64,000 nucleotides of DNA from Blepharisma stoltei ATCC 30299 (Eukaryota; Protista; Ciliophora), in NCBI GenBank assembly GCA_965603825.1, contig CBFDEM010000033.1, positions 1-64,000 on the forward strand. The letters run 5' to 3'. Below the pieces are notes generated by a model that was given only the letters and a program-made list of their open reading frames with translations, was not told where the DNA came from and did not search any database. The position numbers were made by a program, and so were the translations under genes. Below, piece by piece: positions 59,507 to 64,000 of this stretch (positions within the stretch are counted from its first letter, which is position 1; the number at the start of each line of letters is the position of its first letter).

Positions 59507-61324
59507 ATGGAATCAACAAATTTCCAAAGCCTTTCATCAGATGACGAAGAAGTAAAAATCAATTAGGCATCTGTTCGCACAGTAGAAATTAGAAGAGAGC
59601 TTGAAAACCTCAAAGAACTAATGGACAAGGCTAAAAGGCGCCATCCTACCAAAGCTTTGCAAAGTTTCAGCAGCCAGAATTTGCCAAATCAATCTCAGGC
59701 AAAGCATTTATCCTCTAGTGAAAATATTCATGAAATTTTATTGCAATATTCCAAAGGACCTCAAATTTATTCTCTCCTTGCAAACTTATGCACAAGTTAC
59801 AAAATTCCACTGAATATTCCTGAAACTTTATTATTTATTTCTTCTATCCAATATCCAATATTTTTATATACAAATAAAGGCTATGTTTATTCTGAAATCT
59901 CAGACAACTCAATTGACAGCTTTTTCGATAAAGTTGAAAATATTTCGCATAATTATCATGGCAATCAGAACTACCCAATTTTTATACACATAGCAATGAA
60001 TGATAGAGTCCGCCTATGCTTTTCTAAGTCAGAAGCTAGAGAATTATTTATGAATTGCCCTCATTATACTCACAGACTGCAAAGATTCATCCCACCTTCA
60101 ACAAATTTTGCGTCAAAAATTCGAGTTCATTGAACTTCTGGAAACAAAACATCAAAAATGTTTTTTATGTCAAATACGACGCAAATAGTTTTAAAACAGT
60201 ATAAATCAAAAATCCCACCTCCTCCAGTAGGCAAGATCAGGAAACCTCTTATCATAAGTCACACTTATAGTGAAAAACTTTTAGAAACTTCAGTTTCTTT
60301 ATCTATGCCATTTAAAGCAATCAGAAGAAATATATCAAAAACAAGGCAGTCATCACCACACAGCATGATTTTTAAAGATTCGGATAACAGCCCTGATGAA
60401 ACAAATACCTCATTTTTCCCCAAGGTTAGGAAAAGTCATAAGCGAGTTTTTAGTGTGGGAGATTTTAGCACAAATAATATTATTGACCAAAATCCTCAAG
60501 AAATTGACTCCAGTAAATTTATAGTAAAATCTGATAATTACAGCCAAGTTAATGTAGTTATTAGTTCACAGCCTATTCCAGAAATAAACCATGAGCTCAA
60601 AACGATCACAAGTTTAATAAACACTTTTATTCTAAAAAAACAAAATTACTTAGACGAACTTTTAATTGATTTCATTAAAGACTCCAAAGAAAAGTTCGTG
60701 TTTTTATCTTGTAAACGCTATAAGGTCAAAGGAGAGCAGCCCCGTGAGATTTTTTCTACCAAAAAAGATTCTTCGAAATCCAATTTTAAGGTAGCTTTTC
60801 CAGATATTGTGATAAACAATATTTCTGAGCAAACAACCCCTGGGAGAGATAGAGAAATGGAAGAAAAATTACAGAAAGCGAGGATGACTGCGCATAAAGA
60901 AGCAATTAGCATTGACCAAACACAGTCGATGATAGAACAAAAAAGCTCAGAAATGGAAATAAAAAGAGACGTGAATTTAAGTTTGGAGGAAATTTCAGAA
61001 TTAAATAAAGATAATTATTTAGTGCAAAGAAAGTCTGATAAGCTTGGGAGAATTCCTTATAACATTATAGGAATTATGCCACACAACAAGACAAATCAGC
61101 TGATTTCTTTTATAGAAAAACAAAAAGAGCCGGCATTAAAACCGCTCAGGCACAAAGAAAGATCAAAAAATTTATTCTGAATTGGAAGTGACCAAATATC
61201 TCCTATAAAGTATACAGAAATAATGTCAAAATCTATCGATAAAATCGCTAAACATTTTGACAAGAGAAAAAAGCAAGCTGAAGAAGGTAAAAAAGGTACA
61301 AATAAAAATGAAAATATAATTTAA
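59507..61324 (+). CDS. Hypothetical protein (~600 aa)
   Basis: ATG 59507, one intron, two TGAs, TAA 61322. Confidence 0.8.
59552..59566 (+). other. 15-nt intron GTAAAAATCAATTAG
   Basis: Removes in-frame TAG; A10. Confidence 0.82.
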
Positions 61325-61790
61325 ATATGTATAAATCTATATGAAATCTATTAAATGCATTTTACTTGCAAAAATGATTATAATTGATTAATTTAATTAG
61401 AGTTTACAGCTAAATAAATAGAGAGTAAATAGCAATGCTATTAAGGACCGGTAGAAGTGGAATCATTTACCAATTAAATACAGTAATGAACCTATATCTA
61501 AAAAAGGACAGACTTCAATAGTAAAGAAATAATGCAGCTTTATTGAAATAGTTTAATTAACAGCAGCTCTTACAGTAGAATTATTAATTTATAAACAAAT
61601 AAAGCTATATTACGTTTTTATTGTAGCATTATCTTATTTTTCAAATAAATAGCATTAAAGCTTCTTCATCTTATGGTTTTCTTTACAAAATTTCCTCAAA
61701 TATTTTTTTTAATTTTTAAACTCTAAAACTTTCCATCATTAAACTCTGCTAATTTCAAACCAAAAAATTCCGTTAAGTTTTAAATTAAAT

Positions 61791-62354
61791 ATGGTTAAAC
61801 AAATCATCCTGTTAATAGCTGCTCTAGTTCTCATCACTTATGGAAAAGGAGTCACCCATCTGCCACAAGACCAGCATCTCTACTGAAGCTTCCCTGATGA
61901 AATGTCCGTTAAATTCGAGCTATATGTGCCACTTTCTTTTACCGAAGAATATGAATGGACTGGCTTTGGCTTGAAAGAAGTATCCAAGATAAGCAGCATG
62001 AAAGATGCAGACATAACTATGATATATCTTAATGATGATAGAATAGAAGACTGCTGGAGCAGTATGAATGCTAGGCCTGACCCAGATATTGAGGTAGAAG
62101 GCTTTGATAGTTTAACAGAAAAATCAGTTAATGTTGTCGATGACTATAAGGTTTATACATGGATTAAAATGATGAATACAGGCGATGAAAAAGATATGGT
62201 TCTATCACAAGGTGCTCAAGCTGGCATTATATGGGCATATGGGGCTGTTAATTCTGAAGGAAAACCTAAAAAGCATAAAGGAACAGATAGAGGATATCAT
62301 GAAATTACACTTTCAGAAGACTTTAATGATGGAGAAATCGTTTCCTTAATCTAA
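61791..62354 (+). CDS. Secreted single DOMON-domain protein, copy 2
   Basis: Colinear with copy 1; TGA at 61884 aligns with W in LYWSFPDE. Confidence 0.88.
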
Positions 62355-62508
62355 TTCAGTTTTATTTTTTGCTATTTAGTGAGTGATAAAATGCCATTTT
62401 TGCTGTTTATATAAATATTTCTTATAATTTTTATGTTAAATTCAATATGCATTATTCCATTCTTATATTATTAGATATATTTTAGTGCAATACCAAAAAA
62501 ATTCACGA

Positions 62509-63453
62509 TTATTTTTTACTTTGGCCGAAATTTTCACTTTTTTTCTCTTCTTTCACTTCTCTTTTTTTCGGTCCTATCAAGATCCAGTCAAAAATAAAAT
62601 CCACCTCCCTGAATTCTTTATTATACAAATCCTTAAACAGTCTTTTGATATAAGCATAATCAGGTCTATCTTCGAATCCCAAAGATTTGCAATAGGTAAT
62701 ATAAGTTTGGAATTCTATAGGAAACCCTCTGCATAAAGCTTCTGTGCTTGTCCCAACTTTTCTTTCTAATATTCTATCATATTTTTCCTTTTTATTAGAT
62801 CCTGCTAATCCTTGTCAAGGTAAAGATCCTCTTAAAAAATACATAAAAACATATCCCAAGCCTTCTAAATCGTCTCTTCGTGACTGCTCAATGCCCATAT
62901 GGGTATTTATCGATGCATATCTGGCAGTTCCAGTTAAATTTTTCCCTTCAACATATTGAATATGCTGGTTTGTCTTTGGGTCTCTGTATTTTTTCGCCAA
63001 TCCAAAATCAATTATGTGTAATAAATTGCATTTTCTGCCTAGTCCTATTAAAAAGTTGTCTGGCTTCACGTCTCTATGTAGGAAGTTTTTAGCGTGCATG
63101 TATTCAATACGCGAAATCATTTGTTCAGCAACCATTAAGGTTGTTTTGAGAGAAAAACGTCTTTGGCAATAATTAAATAAATCTTCAAGAGATGGGCCTA
63201 GTAAATCAATTATGAGGACATTAAATTCTCCTTCAACCCCAAACCAGTGGATTGCTGGAATTCCTGGGCCTCCCTGGATGATGCGATATATACGTGACTC
63301 ATATAATAATTGGGGATGGCGAGTTTTTACGTTTTCTAATTTTATCGCGACTTCTTCATTAGTTTGGATATTCGTCCCTAGATAAATTTCCCCGAAACTC
63401 CCGTTGCCTATTTTTCTTCCTAGCCTATATTTTCCACAGATTCGAATTTCCAT
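62509..63453 (-). CDS. CK1: Casein kinase 1 (314 aa)
   Basis: [50 protein letters not shown](TGA=W)QG. Confidence 0.97.
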
Positions 63454-64000
63454 TATTTAAAAACTTATCAATTTTTAAGAATTGAAAAAGGAATTAAGCT
63501 TGATTATAATAAAAATAATTAATTGTTTAGATTTTAGCTGTCAAGATCCTAAACTGAGTAATTTTCGCGTCTTCATACTCAATATATTCAAAGCACTATT
63601 ATGAAGCTATCGAATTCATACTTTATAGCTTATTAAAATGCAATATGAATTGCTAATATAATGGGCTGAAATCATAAATTAAATAAATTATAATTTGTTA
63701 AACTTGTGCATCAGAACTGATTATATATTTCGATATTTTATTTATCCGAGCAAATTAACAAAAGCTATGCAGTTTAACTTTATTATTTTAATATAAAGAT
63801 CTTCTTCTATATTATTACTTGATTCTTTTATGTTAACTTTTATAATCTCAATATCTTTGTACTCGAGATTGATTTATTAAAGAATTGAGTAATTTTCTTT
63901 TAAACTTCAATAATCCAAATCTCAGAAATTTTGCATCATATCAAAATATATGTTTTTGACTAGAATCTCCCCTATATCAGGCAAATTTAAACTATGCAGC

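Noticed and set aside
2823-63453. Many genes look like nonsense-riddled pseudogenes in the ORF track
   Set aside because: The breaks are in-frame TGAs at conserved Trp positions or 15-nt introns.

Overview
Telomere-capped end of a macronuclear chromosome from a heterotrich ciliate, most consistent with Blepharisma. The evidence is a ~1.5 kb (CCCTAACA)n telomere, TGA read as Trp (TGA aligns with TGG or invariant Trp in paralogs and conserved motifs) and 15-nt GT-AG introns with A at position 10. Most fragments in the supplied ORF track join into about 30 genes once TGA=W and these introns are applied. Highlights: (1) a 299-bp TA-bounded IES-like insertion whose exact removal repairs a B-box/kelch gene; (2) a gene missed by the ORF track whose N-terminus resembles an inactivated geminivirus/CRESS HUH Rep domain, joined across a T-TTT-TTT -1 site to a SIM and RanBP2-type zinc finger; (3) an Spt6 with a WG/GW Argonaute-hook tail and six CCHC knuckles; (4) a tRNA-like gene with a non-canonical anticodon arm containing UUCCAAA; (5) strongly gene-specific TGA usage and TGAs clustered just before terminal TAAs; (6) a 2-nt spacer between TTC12 and SF3B4. 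All homology calls are by eye; no searches were run.
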